DNA of 63,946 nucleotides, filler included, from Octopus bimaculoides (Eukaryota): assembly GCF_001194135.2 (NCBI RefSeq). It is 5 parts of 5 records of this genome, joined end to end, with 100 filler letters (N's around TTAATTAATTAA, not from the genome) between each part and the next. Parts side by side here need not be neighbours in the genome. Positions count along the whole stretch, not along the records: positions 28,901 to 57,042 come from NC_068993.1; 4 more parts are not named here. One strand, given 5' to 3'. The notes beneath the pieces were generated by a model. The model did no database searches. It saw nothing but the letters and a program-made list of their open reading frames with translations, and was not told where the DNA came from. Numbering within the stretch: the first letter of the stretch is position 1; the number at the start of each line of letters is the position of its first letter. The position numbers and the translations under genes are program-made. Shown piece after piece: positions 36,955 to 49,944 of this stretch.

Positions 36955-37459
36955 TATATTTGAAGATTATAAGTTCAAGATTATATTATCATCTATCTTG
37001 TATTCAATTACATTTCAATTCCTGATTAAATTTTAAAAGTTCCCTTCATACACTCTTGTATTTTTTCATAGCATGCGTACAATGAGCTGCTCTGATGCTG
37101 CATTTCAGTAGAAATGGCAAAAAAAATAAATTAAAGTAAAAAGAAAAAAAAGAATGAAAATAAAAACAAATGATACTGTTCTTGCGTGCCAGTTTTTGTT
37201 TTCTTTAATGTTTTGTTTTATTTTAAATTTCATGACTTTATTTAATTTGCTGTTAATTTTCGTTTTCAGTGAACCATTCTCAAATACAATTCTCAAATAC
37301 GCTGAAAGTTTGTTATAGGAAAGGAAAATACCTGATCCAACATTAGGTACAAGATGCAAGTTTACATTCGGTTTTTAATATGGTATAAAGTCAGATTATT
37401 TCAACTCGCTTGAAGATCCTCGGTGTTTTATAATAGTATATCACAATTAGTCTTCCGCC

Positions 37460-38215
37460 CACCAGTCCATGCATGCATGCATCCATGCATCCATTCATCC
37501 ATCCATCTATCCATCCATTCATCTTTGCCCACTGTTTCTTGGAAGGTGGTCGGGGTAGTATCCTCAGGCACCACCTCCAACAAAAGCAACTGCCATCATA
37601 CTTTCCGGCTGGATTCTCAGGCGTAACCAATAGCGACTACGAATATTATCCGAACATTTTGTTTTTGGTCTACCCAACGGTCTCCTACCGGTTGGCTCGG
37701 CTTAGAGAATCCATCTTGCGACTCATTCTTGCGACATTCTAGTCACATATCCGTAGTACGGGAGAAATAGTCACGACCTGGAGAGACTTCCTGCTCTCCA
37801 AGCTACGCACACTGTCAAGTAACTTTACTCTAGATACCCTTCGGAGGAAACCATTTCGGCTGATTGTATTCGCGATCTTTTGGTCTTACCCAACATTTTT
37901 GACGATAGATGAATACTCGCAGGAAAACAGAAATGAAGATAGCGAGTTCGACATTTTTTGCCAACCACTTCTCTCTTGTGGGTCGAATGCTGGAGCTGGC
38001 GTATTATTGTGTCAGCATCTGCAACTCTAGCATTCAGTTCAGCCTCTTGCTTCTTATCACTCATGAATATGGCCTCGAGATATTAAGTTTCTCTGCTCGT
38101 CGTAGTGATGGTCCTCTAACTTGCCCAGGAAAGACTTTCTTGAGAGGACTAAGGTCTCAAATTTTACCACACTAATTCTCCTGCCTTGCAGAACTCGGCA
38201 GTAAAAGTACTCAGT
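37460..38215 (-). mobile_element. RTE-clade (Expander/Rex3-like) LINE 3' fragment with (GGAT)n tail
   Basis: MSDKKQEAELNARVADA.TIIRQL...KRE...K....RSRIQSAEM; WRWCLRILPRPPSKKQWAKMNGW followed by (GGAT)n. Frameshifted. Confidence 0.9.
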
Positions 38216-40799
38216 GTACGCTGAACATCACAAAAGAGATTATTGTTTCCTAAAGTAATTTCAGATTCCAAATTTGTAAACACATTTTTAAGAGTAACAA
38301 GACGAAATCAATGTGGTGTCAATAAATAAATGAATAAAAAAAGATAAACATATAAAATACATAAAATTGATAAATAAGATATGCAAATAAGATATATAAA
38401 ATAAATAAGAATAAGAAGTAAATTCTTCACAATTTTATGGAATACAATCTCATACAAGAAATCACAAATCAGAAATATTTTCAACTAATGATGCAATATA
38501 TTTTAGTATAAAACAATTTTCGTATGAGTGTTATTGAAAACGATTGCAAAGTTTAGAAAATTTATTATTTATTTATGCATTAGAAATAGATGTAAAAAAT
38601 TGCAATACTTTATGTAAAAATATTGATAATGAGTGCTCTAATTTTGGCTGATGTTTGTATAAATGTTTATTTAATGCATCTGTAAATTTGAGACAAAGAG
38701 CGACTGAATTTTATGTAAGGTACCGAGTTCCTGTATATGTACAAGTACTCTATTATATAGATCAAATTTTATTTTATATGTTACCATCGGAAATCGAAGT
38801 TAGTGACATGAAGCTTCATTCTTATTTCCATATATTTCTTCGACCGAAGAGATAAAACAAAATTTGTGATTGTATTTTTATGCTTATATTATTTCTCTGT
38901 ATCTTCCAGTTAAAAACATCCACAAGACCACAGCAAAGCTTCAGAATTCTCAATTAATTTGAAGATACGAAATCATATCTCAATGCTGATGAGAAAACCT
39001 TAAGATACTTCTAACAACATAACTGAATGAAGTATATGTATATCTTCTTTAATGCCTTGAATGCGTCTTTAAAAGTAAGTTTTAGAAAGAGAAAGAATAA
39101 AGTGTATCCTTGAAGGATTCTCACTATTTGATTTAGTCTGCTGTATGCATTAGAGAAACACGAAGAGTGAAAGGTTCTCTCGACGTATTTGACTGGTGCT
39201 CTAAAGGTGACTACATTTCTAGTGAAAGCAAAAAGATATTTCTACTTGAAGCTGATAAGGCCATTCTGCTACTCGTCATCGTTATCTTTTAAAATGTATT
39301 TTAAATCCTTCCGACTATTTAAAATATATAATTGTTATGTCTCAAACTACTGCTAGTTAGCACCTTCGGATGATCTCTGCTCGACTGCTACGCAACAGCT
39401 ACTGAACTCCTCTACCACGGCTAGACTATTTCTATCTATATGTCTTGGGCGATCCTACTTCTTCGTTTGGGGGCGTCGACACAACAATGATAATAAACAC
39501 GCTTCCAAATTGGGGATAAGTTGAATCATTAGGCATTGTATTGAAAGAGATAATGATAAATATATATTTGTGTAAATAAACTATCATTAAAATATTTGGA
39601 TCAAGATAAACAATAAAACCCAGAAAAATGGATAATAAAACGTTGCGTTTCGTGTCACAACACAAGAAAACCGAGGAAAAATACTGAAATATTTCATTTT
39701 ATATCAATGATTGTTTACTGTAAGGGCTCATTACGCAAATGTTGACTTTATTAAATACTATATGTCCAGTGAACGAAAGAATGAAATAGATTAGATTTTA
39801 CAATTATGGAGGTTTTGTTACGAATCTATATTGAATAGAATCTAAAACTTAACTAGAGAAAACGCATAAGAAAAGCTTCAAATGTTAAATTAATCTCGTA
39901 GCAATTCCAGAGATTCATCCAACGATATTACTAGCTAAATCAGAAAAAAAATAGAATCAAATTTTTCGTGACAAAACCTCCATCATTTAACATTCTACAT
40001 AGCACAGTCTAAATATTACCCTTTGAAGTTGCTACTGTAACTATCAGATCAATAACCATTTTAAGAAAGTTACAAAAACATATTTCGTTTAAACTTATGA
40101 ATCTTCATAAAAAGTAAGTGGTATTTTCAAAAATTTGTTTTCGGTAATTTTACAGAAAAAAAAAAAAAAATTTATTCATTTTATAATATGCTCCTCAACA
40201 ACTTTCTTCGCAAGCTGCGATCATTTTTTTTTTCTTTTTGGATTAACTTTGTATATTTTCAATAATCATATGAAGATGTCATTTAGATTTGCTTTATTTT
40301 GTTTTTGTTCAGCGGTTTAGTTAATTTTTTTCACGAGCTTACATGTAGTAAAGATGTGTTTGCCAGTTAAAATTATTCCAAATATTGTAAGTATCGGAAT
40401 CATGGAATACCACTTTTGATTTCAAGAACCAGTACACACACACACACACAGAGTATACATACATATATATGAGCGTACGTGCATACAAGAAGCTACAGTG
40501 ATGTGGAGAGCATCATCACACATAATATGAAATGAGACAACCGACAAGTTTCTGTAAAGACTTCAATGAAATGCAAGTATAAAAAACAATCCATAATGAT
40601 CTGTGCTAGAGATCATATATNNNNNNNNNNNNNNNNNNNNNNNNNNNNNNNNNNNNNNNNNNNNNNNNNNNNNNNNNNNNNNNNNNNNNNNNNNNNNNNN
40701 NNNNNNNNNNNNNNNNNNNNNNNNNNNNNNNNNNNNNNNNNNNNNNNNNNNNNNNNNNNNNNNNNNNNNNNNNNNNNNNNNNNNNNNNNNNNNNNNNNT

Positions 40800-41015
40800 A
40801 TACATATGTGTGTATGTGCGTACATGTGTGTGACTTTGTGTCTGTGTGTATCCCCAACCATCGCTTGACAACCGGTGTTAGTGTGTTTATGTCCCCGTAA
40901 GTTAGCGGTTCGGCAAAAGAAACCGATAGAATAAGTACTAGGATCGGTTTATTCGACTAAAATTTCTCCAAGGCGGTGGCCCAGCATGGCCGCAGTTTAA
41001 TGACTGAAACAAGAG
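40800..41015 (+). mobile_element. SINE family B 3' half (5' part lost in the gap)
   Basis: CCAACCATCGCTTGACAACCGGTG..GTCCCCGTAAGTTAGCGGTTCGGCAAAAGAAACCGATAGAATAAGTAC..CAGCATGGCCGCAG. Confidence 0.9.
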
Positions 41016-41630
41016 TAAGAAAAATATTTCTTTATACATTTATGTGCCATCTCCCGCAACGGACACAGAATTCTATAGTTGTTGCATGTTTTGTGTTTCT
41101 TCCAGTGTCACGTGATGCTTTCATAATTTTTCTTTCCTTCAAGCAAGGAGACAGATTTCTGTCATATTTGTTATATGTTATTTCAAAGAATGTACGATCT
41201 TGCTGACATTTTGGGACAGAGGACAATTTAAAAAAATCTCATCGTCGTTGCTTATACTTACCTAACTTATTCATGGATATATACGGAAGCTTTTACATAA
41301 CTTGAAGCTTTTATAGATATTTGCTACTATGTAGCACAGTACACCTGTTATATACAAACGAAAATCAATAGCCTGGATTGTTCAGCATATATATTCTCTT
41401 TTGTCGACAATTTAGACGACACACACATTTTCTGGGTTTCTAACTTCTTCAATAGTGCACGACTTTTATTCAATGCCCTGTTCAATGTCTCTTTGTTCAA
41501 TATGTATGCATGTATGTACGCACGAACATACATGTGTATGCATGTCTGCCTGTATGTATGTATGTATGTATGTATGTATGTATGTATGTATGTATGTATG
41601 TGTGTGTGTGTGTGTATATGCGTCATTGTG

Positions 41631-42123
41631 CAGTTTTATTTCAAGATTTCTTGCCAGTAGAGAAAGAGCCGGTTTCTAACCTAGATCCAAGGCTCATTCA
41701 TTGAGATTTCAACATCAAGAACAGGATATTTTTGTATGTGTGTATGTATGTATGTATGTATGTATGTATGTATGTATGCATGCGTTTATGTATGCATGTA
41801 TGTACATGTGTAGATTTGTATGTTTTGCTTTATGTATGTATTCCCATGCATATAGTTCCATATCTAAACATGCTCATATATATTTCAATAAATGCTAAAC
41901 TTCTGGAAAGTTTTACAGATTTTAACAGTTCCAGTAATGGATTGGATCTGTAGTCTTCGAATTAGCTTTCTCCTTTCTGGCGTTGAGAAGCCTAATTTAT
42001 CAAGATTAGTATTTAGGCAGTGTGTTACATATCCCAGGGCCCCAATAATTACAGGTATAAACCTGAACATGTAATCTGAATAGAGTAACTGCAGATTTTT
42101 CAATAGTTCAACGTAGGTATTTC
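41631..42123 (-). mobile_element. 5'-truncated R4/Dong-type (restriction-like endonuclease) LINE, ORF C-terminus plus 3' UTR
   Basis: NTYVELLKNLQLLYSDYMFRFIPVIIGALGYVTHCLNTNLDKLGFSTPERRKLIRRLQIQSITGTVKICKTFQKF; 3' UTR homologous to 62501-62700; flanked on both sides by (TATG)n. Confidence 0.85.
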
Positions 42124-42884
42124 ATGTATGTATGTATGTATGTATGTATGTATGTATGTATGTATGTATGTATACATGCATGGATGCATGCATGCATGTA
42201 TATATGTATGTATGTACGTATGCATGTATGCGTACATGTAGGTGTGTATGTATATAATTCTTTTTTTTTTATTCATTACAGTTATTTCTGGAAGGTGAGA
42301 GCTAGTTCCTAACAACCAAACAGAAGCGCTATCATTCGAATTCAGAAGACAACATGAATGATACAAACCGAATTTCAAAAAGTTTTATTTATCTTTACTA
42401 TTCTTCTTATTGATCACGCCTTGAAGTTCGTGTCAAATGGTCTCTTTCTCTCTCCCTCTCTTTCTTTCTTTATCCCCTATCCCCCTCTCTCTTTTTCTCT
42501 TTTTGCTTGAGAATTCCAGCTTTTCCAGACTGTCGCCATGACATTTGCTAACATAACCAAGTTCACTAATGATTTTTGGAATAAATGTTAATTTATAATC
42601 ATAGGATAGGACTTACAGTTTTCGAAGCAGTTGTCTGTCCATAAATATTCTCCTTCACGATGATCTTGGAAGAGATGTTTGCATTTGCAGCGTAGCTACT
42701 TCTATGACTGTACATCACTTCTATTTGTTCCCAAAGAACTATGTTCGATCTTTTATGTTTGCACTTGGTAGAAGTTTTAATCCGAAATATATTGGGAATG
42801 TATTATCAACACTCTTTGTGTTGATGCGCATGCATTCCATAGCAGGATTTTTTAAATATTTACCCCGGGATATTTTTCCTGCAG

Positions 42885-43270
42885 ATAGTGTTGTATATCA
42901 TTCTTCTATCTTTTACTTGTTTCACTCATTAGACTGTGGCCCTGCTGTGATACCAGCTTCAATTTGTTAGGTCGAATGAATCGACTACAGTGCTTCTCTT
43001 TCTTTTTAAAGCCTGGTACTTATTCTATCGGCCTCTTTTGCCGAATCTCTAGGTTACACGATTGTAAACACACCAGCACCGGTTGTCAAGTGGTGATGGA
43101 GAATAAACAGAAACACACAGGCACAGTCACAGGCGCGCGCACACACGCACATATACAATGGGCTTCTTTCAGTTTCCTACCAAATCCACTCACAAAGCTT
43201 TAGAAGACCTGAAGTAGACGACACTTGCCAACGTACTATGCAGTCTGGGAAGCGAGCTCCTTACCACACA
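42885..43270 (-). mobile_element. SINE family B copy
   Basis: TTTACTTGTTTCACTCATTAGACTGTGGCC..GTACTTATTCTATCGGCCTCTTTTGCCGAA..GGGCTTCTTTCAGTTTCC..TTACCACACACCCATGC. Confidence 0.9.
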
Positions 43271-43698
43271 CCCATGCTTGTCGCAGTGGGAGATGAGATT
43301 TTGTGTAGTTGCTAATTATATATAACAGCATACAAAGATTCGCATCAGGTCCGTATACTCAAAGGAATACCGGAGCAAAGCAATACCGTAAGATCATAAC
43401 ATATATAATTACAAAATATTTTAATTAAAGTCGCGCCCCCAGAGTAACCGGGACCTCGGGTAACTTTCCTGCCTTTCATACCTCAAGATGGCACTTTGTA
43501 TGTTATTTATTTCTGTTCTGAGTTCAAATTCTGATAAGGCTATCTTTATCTTTTATCTTCCCATGTTTGGCAAAATAAAGTAATAGTCAAGTACTCAATC
43601 GATTTTATTCCTGTAACGCATATAATTTGTGAAAAGAATAACAATAAAAATATCAGACTAAGGTGTATGCGCATGTAAACGTATTATATTCATATAAG

Positions 43699-43809
<111 letters not shown>

Positions 43810-45158
43810 TTTGTTCAAGTAATCAAAAGTCAGGAAAACAAATTCCAGAAAATGGTAGATTAATTATGTCTATTTAGTTATATAATTCACATACTTCTAC
43901 GTTTTCTTCTTGCTCACATATACATGGGTTTACGTATATACGTATACTTATATTTGACTGTAAATAGTTATAAGTATTTATGTTATCAATATACGTGTGC
44001 CTATGAGTCTGAGTGAATGTTTATACGTACATGCACTATACATACGTCATATCATATAAACTGTTATTTTAGAACCAGGGCAATAAATTTCCGAAAGCCG
44101 AAAACTAAAATGGCATAGGAAATATGGGCAAAGGTACGTATAGCCGAATATCACCGAAGTAAGACGAACAAAGCCGTAAAACAACGGGCAAAGGCGAAAG
44201 GCTACTTGACGGCTGCTACTTTCCATCTTCCACTTCATATATCTTTATGGCTGATGCTTTTCCCTCTTACTAAGCAAAAAGAGACGAAAATTCAATGGTT
44301 TGGAGGCTCCCACAGCGGCCAGCTTTGATGTATCCACGCCCTTTAGTTCTTCACCAAGGAAACAATTGTTTTTATTTCTGTTTTATCTGGAGGCTGGCCG
44401 AATACATAACAATAAAATACGATATCAACAATAAGAAGAACCACAATAAAAACGTTAAAAAGATAAAAACGGGAAATTCAAAGTTGGCGTAGATTTTTAT
44501 TTTCTTTAAACGAGTGGTGAGAAATTACGCTCAGTGTGAGATTCAGTGGCTCTAATCTAGTTTGTGTGTGTGAAGTTCTCCTTTCTATCCGTTTTTATGA
44601 TTCCGGATTTACTGCTATAAATAAACAGGTACTTGCCATAAAGTCGTAAAATGAAATTTAAAGCACCCCCGATCTAACATATACACACACAATTACATAT
44701 ACTTGAAAAATAGACATACATATATAAACATACGCACGCAAACACACTCACACGCATAAACACACATACAGAAGCACTACATATATATGTGAGTGTGTGT
44801 GTGTGTACGTGCGTGTGTGTGCGTGCTTGTGTGTGCGTATCTGCGTGTGTATGTGTGTACGTGTTTATGCATATATGAACACTCGTACATATAATCGCGT
44901 ATAAGATTCCGGTAAGATAACACTTAAAAAGTATAACAACAACAACAACGATGATGACGATAACAATAACAACAACTACGAGACAACGAGGAAGCCTCAA
45001 TATAGTCACCCAACGTGCTAGAAATAGTAGCTAAATCTTCACATATCATCTTAACAGTGTATTTTGAAGAACACTTGATAAAATATTCCTCGATATATTG
45101 CTTGAACAAAAGATGATATAGTGAAGACTAAGATGTCTTTATTCATTTGAGTTGAGAT

Positions 45159-45159
<1 letters not shown>

Positions 45160-45195
<36 letters not shown>

Positions 45196-45737
45196 CGACA
45201 ACAACTACGATGATATTAATACTACTTCTTTTATGTATGACAATAGTGGTATAAATTTAGACAACGAAAATGGTAGTTGTCGTTGTGGTAGTGATGATGA
45301 TGATGATGATGGTAGCGGGAGCTGGTGGCTTAATCGGTGATGGTGGTGGAGAAGCTGCTGTTGATGATGTAGGTAATGATAATGGTGCTGTTTTTGTTTC
45401 TTGTTGCTGTTGTTGTTGTGCCCGATGGTGACGATGATGATGATGATGATGATGACGGCGACGACGACGGCGATGATGTTGATGATGATGATGATGATGA
45501 TGATGATGACGATGGTGATGATAATAGAAATAGTACTGCAGAAGTATCAAACAAATGTTCACAGGTAAACTCAGTGTCAGGAGTGAAATTACAGGTAGAA
45601 ATGAGTGTGGAACAAATATATACATCCCAAGGTTAAACTTAAAGTCCAAATCACATTGCAAGTTATGTGATTTGCAGAGATTAGACAAATAAAGCTCTAC
45701 CGCTACCATCACCGATTAGTCCACCAACTACCACTAC

Positions 45738-45822
<85 letters not shown>

Positions 45823-45900
45823 GTTATCATCATCATCATTATCATCATCATCATTATCATCATCATCATCATCATCACCACCACCACCACCACCACCACC
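45160..45900. repeat. Cluster of trinucleotide microsatellites (CAA)n, (GAT)n, (CAT)n, (CAC)n
   Basis: Direct repeats at 45160-45210, 45430-45525 and 45735-45900. Confidence 0.95.
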
Positions 45901-46449
45901 GACTTAAAATTCACACTAGCTAATCTTTCATACTAACTACACGAGTTCACAACAATTCAAATAAGTCTTGTTGGAGTTTTATCATAAACATGGCATAAAA
46001 AATAACCAATATCTCAATGAGTGAGTGTCGTGGAGTTTAGTAACGCCCAACGAACACTGAGTAATTTCCTAAAAAATCAGGGTTTTTATAACTGCTCCGA
46101 ATTCCAAGAACCGTATTTCGTGAAACTTTTCTTTGACGAAAGTTTGGAATTCGTATGTGGGCAGTAATTTTAACTAATGGGATACTAACAATTATGCTTG
46201 TTCGGGCAAACGACAATTACGTCATATTGCCGCCTTTTATGGCTTGCTACAACATAAAAAGAAACAATTTAGTTGGAACTAGAAGCTACCTATATTGAGA
46301 GAGAATTTTAAATTAAGAACAAAACAACAGAGAAAAGGTTAAAGAGAAGAAAAAAAGTAAAACGGAATCCCCAACTATGGACTAAAGAAAAACAAAACGG
46401 AGTGAAAACTCCACTCAGTAGTCATTAAACTTAAGTGCAGGTAATTTTA

Positions 46450-46785
46450 TGAGAGAGGGTATATAGATTACATCGATCTCAGAATGGATGAAAAGCAAAG
46501 TCAACTCCGGCGTGTTTTCAACTCAAAACGTGAAGAACCGAAAGAAATGCTGATAAGCATTTTTGCCTGGCGTGCTAACGACTCTGCCAGTTCGCCGCCG
46601 AATCGTGAAATGTAACAATTCTTTCTACTATAAACACATTGCCTGAAATTGTAGTGGAAGGCATAGTCGATTGCACCGAATCAACCCCGAAAGAATAGGA
46701 GGCAAAGTCGACCTCGGTGGAATCTAATCCCAGAACGTAAAGCCGGAAAGAAAGCCGCTAAGGTTTTTGTCCGACATGTTGCCCA
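46450..46785 (-). mobile_element. Two tandem SINE family A copies
   Basis: GGATGAAAAGCAAAGTCAACTCCGGCG..GTGCTAACGACTCTGCCAGTTCGCC, then GGCAAAGTCGACCTCGGTGGAATC..CAGAACGTAAAG. Confidence 0.85.
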
Positions 46786-46989
46786 ATTTACAAAAGTGAT
46801 AATGGAAATAAATAATACGTCCAGAATATGCAATTAAACGCATTATTTCTGTGTCCAATCGTTCCTAAATCCGAGGTTATATACGGGTTAGATTGAGTTA
46901 ATAGCTATATTCAGTGGGCAATATGCTGAGTCTTCATTGTGATGCAAACATGTAACTAACACTATATGTGACAAGGATCAAGTTCCAAT

Positions 46990-47450
46990 TATCAAGAATG
47001 CACTTGTCCTCAGTGGCAACGAGATCAAAGAAAACCGTCCAGATTTCCAGACAACTATCACCATATCAACCGCGCAGCAATTATGAAAGTTGCTGTACAT
47101 ACACCTGATCACCAAATTTCAGCTGCCTGAAGAAAGATTTCTTTAGTGTTCGTATGAAACTCCTGTCTTAGGCAATGATAAAGTGAAAATATTTAAAAAT
47201 ATGAAATTTTTGCGTCCAGACAGACCAATAGATATAGCAATGCAAGATAACTTAATGGCGTGTAGAAGTGTGCTGCAAAGCTAAGAAATTACAATGACTT
47301 GGCGTGACAGCAGAGAGAGGATGTGTCTATTATCATTTATAGTTGACACAAAGAATATTCGAGAACTAACCATTCTAGGATTTGCAAACATTGTTAAGGC
47401 ATATTTACACAGGCTTTCGAGATCTTCGGCATTGTTGTTAAACTTAAGTA
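46990..47450 (+). mobile_element. Very old R4/Dong-type REL-domain remnant
   Basis: Fragments RPD..IDIA..D, LRNYNDLA and LLYIHL..KFQLP resemble REL-domain motifs; many lesions. Confidence 0.35.
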
Positions 47451-48649
47451 TATCTGTTAACCTTAAAAATTTCCTTTTGGTCATCATTGTTAACACATGG
47501 AACTTCTATTAGCGTTGAACATCCCTGTAATGCTTGAACTTTTTTTTATTTATTTACATTGAACAACTCAGCTAACCATAAGCATCTATGTTAGCCTTCA
47601 AATCTCCTGCACATATTCTCCAAGATGTAACGAATTCATGTCCCAATAAAGGAAACTACAAATAGTTAAGATAATAATATAACTTGCTGACAACACACAA
47701 AGCCTTGAATCTATTCAATCTATCAAGCTGGTACCAGAAGAGTAGAAAATAATATATTATCAGAAGAATAGAAAATATGAAAGAGCTGTTACTTGTGAAC
47801 CAATCTATTTTAGAAGTAAGAAATAGGAGGAAAACACACCTTAATACAACCTGGATTGATTATAAAAAAAAAAACATTGGTAGTGAAAGCATCCCAAAAG
47901 AAACACTTGAAAACCAATCCGACAACACATAGTGCACGCAAACACCACTCAGGAAAATAACATAATTCTCATTCCTCATACTCTGCACAACAGAGTAGAT
48001 GCTAAAATTCATAAAGAACAGCAAAACCAAACCCGTCGTGAGAGATAATTTGGAGTTTGAGCAAGTAGAGACAACATAGGAACAAGACAATTCCACAATA
48101 TAAAAGTAGTTCTAGTTGGATATGTGGGGAAGCAGCTCCTCTTCCAGCTTCGGCTCTTTCCTTGTATATACATCCATTCGCTTCGATTCGGTCGATGGAG
48201 AAGAGCACATCACACTCTACAACGACCATAACTTCTATCAACTGCCTCTCAGGACATATTTGAACTCAGGACACATTTCAATTTCTCCATTGCTTTTTCT
48301 TCGATTTATTCCTTGGGCAAGGAGTTACTGTTTTTTGTGACCTATCATTCCCAGTCATTTTCTCACCTAGGTACTGAAGCATGATGAATGCCGTAATTTC
48401 AAAGAAGCTTTAAAGAAGCGCTTGTTAATTTTGTTATTAAATTTATTAAAACGATCGCAACTCTTTCCATTTATATTTATTAAAAGATTTTATTATTGTG
48501 ACTACCTTTAACATTTTTTTTAGTTTTTGGTTTGAATGTTTTTAAAGGCAAGCAAAGCATGAAGGATCAACATAATAATAAAATAGCTCAAGCAAACAAC
48601 TTTGAGCACAACATACATAAAAAATAAAAACTCAAATTAAAAATCTGTA

Positions 48650-49030
48650 AATCCTTAATAAAAATCATTAAAGAAAAAAAAATTATTGTAAGAAAAAAAT
48701 GGATGAAAAACAAATCATAGATTAATATAACAGAACAAAGAAAGAATTACTCGAAGTTGGAGACTACTTGAAAGAGCTCTTCATCAAATCAAAAGGAATT
48801 CGTCGGCTTAAAAACGACAATGATTCCACTCTTTGATTTTAACCGAAATCGATTTTATCAGGAACCACATAAAAATGAGATAGAAATCAATGCAGAACCA
48901 GCAGTAGGAAGAATTCTGGCAAGAAGTAGGGGCAATGATGAAATCCTTTTAGGCGAGATTGGTCAAAACAACAAGTGTGGTGCCTGAACAATCGTAGAAG
49001 GTTTTATAAAACGAGAATTATTCCGAAGCT
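48650..49030 (+). mobile_element. Old R4/Dong-type LINE fragment, region N-terminal to RT
   Basis: LKELFIKSKGIRRL..; NRNRFYQE...EIEINAEP; EEFWQEV resemble R4-clade QKL.AK..RIRRY, KRFY.EL, EEFW..IW motifs. Confidence 0.55.
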
Positions 49031-49713
49031 AAAGAACAATAACAAGAACAAAAAATGTGAAAGGTACCAACAGACAATAAAACCCCAAACGTATCGTTAA
49101 AATACGCAACAAGCACATAAATTATTCGCAAATTATAATAATAACAGAAGCAGCAGCACCAGCACCACCACCAGCACCACCACCAGTACCACCACCNNNN
49201 NNNNNNATAACAGAAGCAGCAGCACCAGCACCACCACCAGCACCACCACCAGTACCACCACCAGCACCACCACCAGCACCAATACAACAACATTAATAGT
49301 ATATTAATGTGTTAAATGAAACAGTAACACACTGATTGATTTAATCAGACCTGTGACATACTTTCCTACAAACTACAACGCTTTACCTGTAACAATATCG
49401 CAAAAGATAAACAACTGGAGTAAAAAAAAAAAAAGTCTACTAATTTTCAGATGAGTAAAAGAGATACGACAAATGTTCACCGAATTATTTGAAAATGATC
49501 AGCAAAACTATAAATGGAAATTATGGAAAAAGAAAGAATGATGTGAATATTGCATGGTTTGAATACTTGAACACTTTTGACAGTATTTTCTACATGTCAC
49601 GTATGGGGGTGCAATGGATGACCCATGTCTAAATAACATTCAGTCAACATTGTTCCTAAACTCGCAAAACTTTAACCCAAGCCAATCAGAATGCTTGGAG
49701 GCATTTGACTCAC

Positions 49714-49814
49714 GTCATATCCAAATAATGTTATACAGGATATACTATGCATGTATATAATACTGACGAGTGCATAAATGAAATATTTTTGACGTCCGTC
49801 AAGATCAGCTGGGG
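49714..49814 (-). other. Candidate internal coding exon (101 nt), unverified
   Basis: Acceptor TTTTTTTATTACTGAGGGATTTCCTAG|, consensus donor GAC|GTGAGT, open frame (A)PADLDGRQKYFIYALVSIIYMHSISCITLFGYD with a hydrophobic stretch. No homology recognised. Confidence 0.3.
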
Positions 49815-49944
49815 CTAGGAAATCCCTCAGTAATAAAAAAAATAGCATATTCACGACAAGCGATAATTGTTCATACTAAAATACATGAATGTTTGTTTAC
49901 TTTTTGATTGTGTGCTTATGTCTATCTGTGTATTGTGTCTATGT

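Noticed and set aside
44073-44133. Exon-like segment with TTTTAG| and AAG|GTACGT (also 18699-18747 and 56278-56347)
   Set aside because: 44073-44133 has stops in all three frames, and the others are too short to tell from random splice-like sites.
47870-48350. Possible L1/Tx1 ORF2 C-terminal remnant (likewise a possible ORF1/ORF2 junction at 32200-32600)
   Set aside because: Only scattered weak resemblance; needs a profile search.
49141-49262. 56-bp exact tandem duplication around 10 Ns
   Set aside because: Identical sequence on both sides of a minimal gap is typical of unmerged overlapping contig ends. The AGACAGT overlap at 22553-22593 looks the same.
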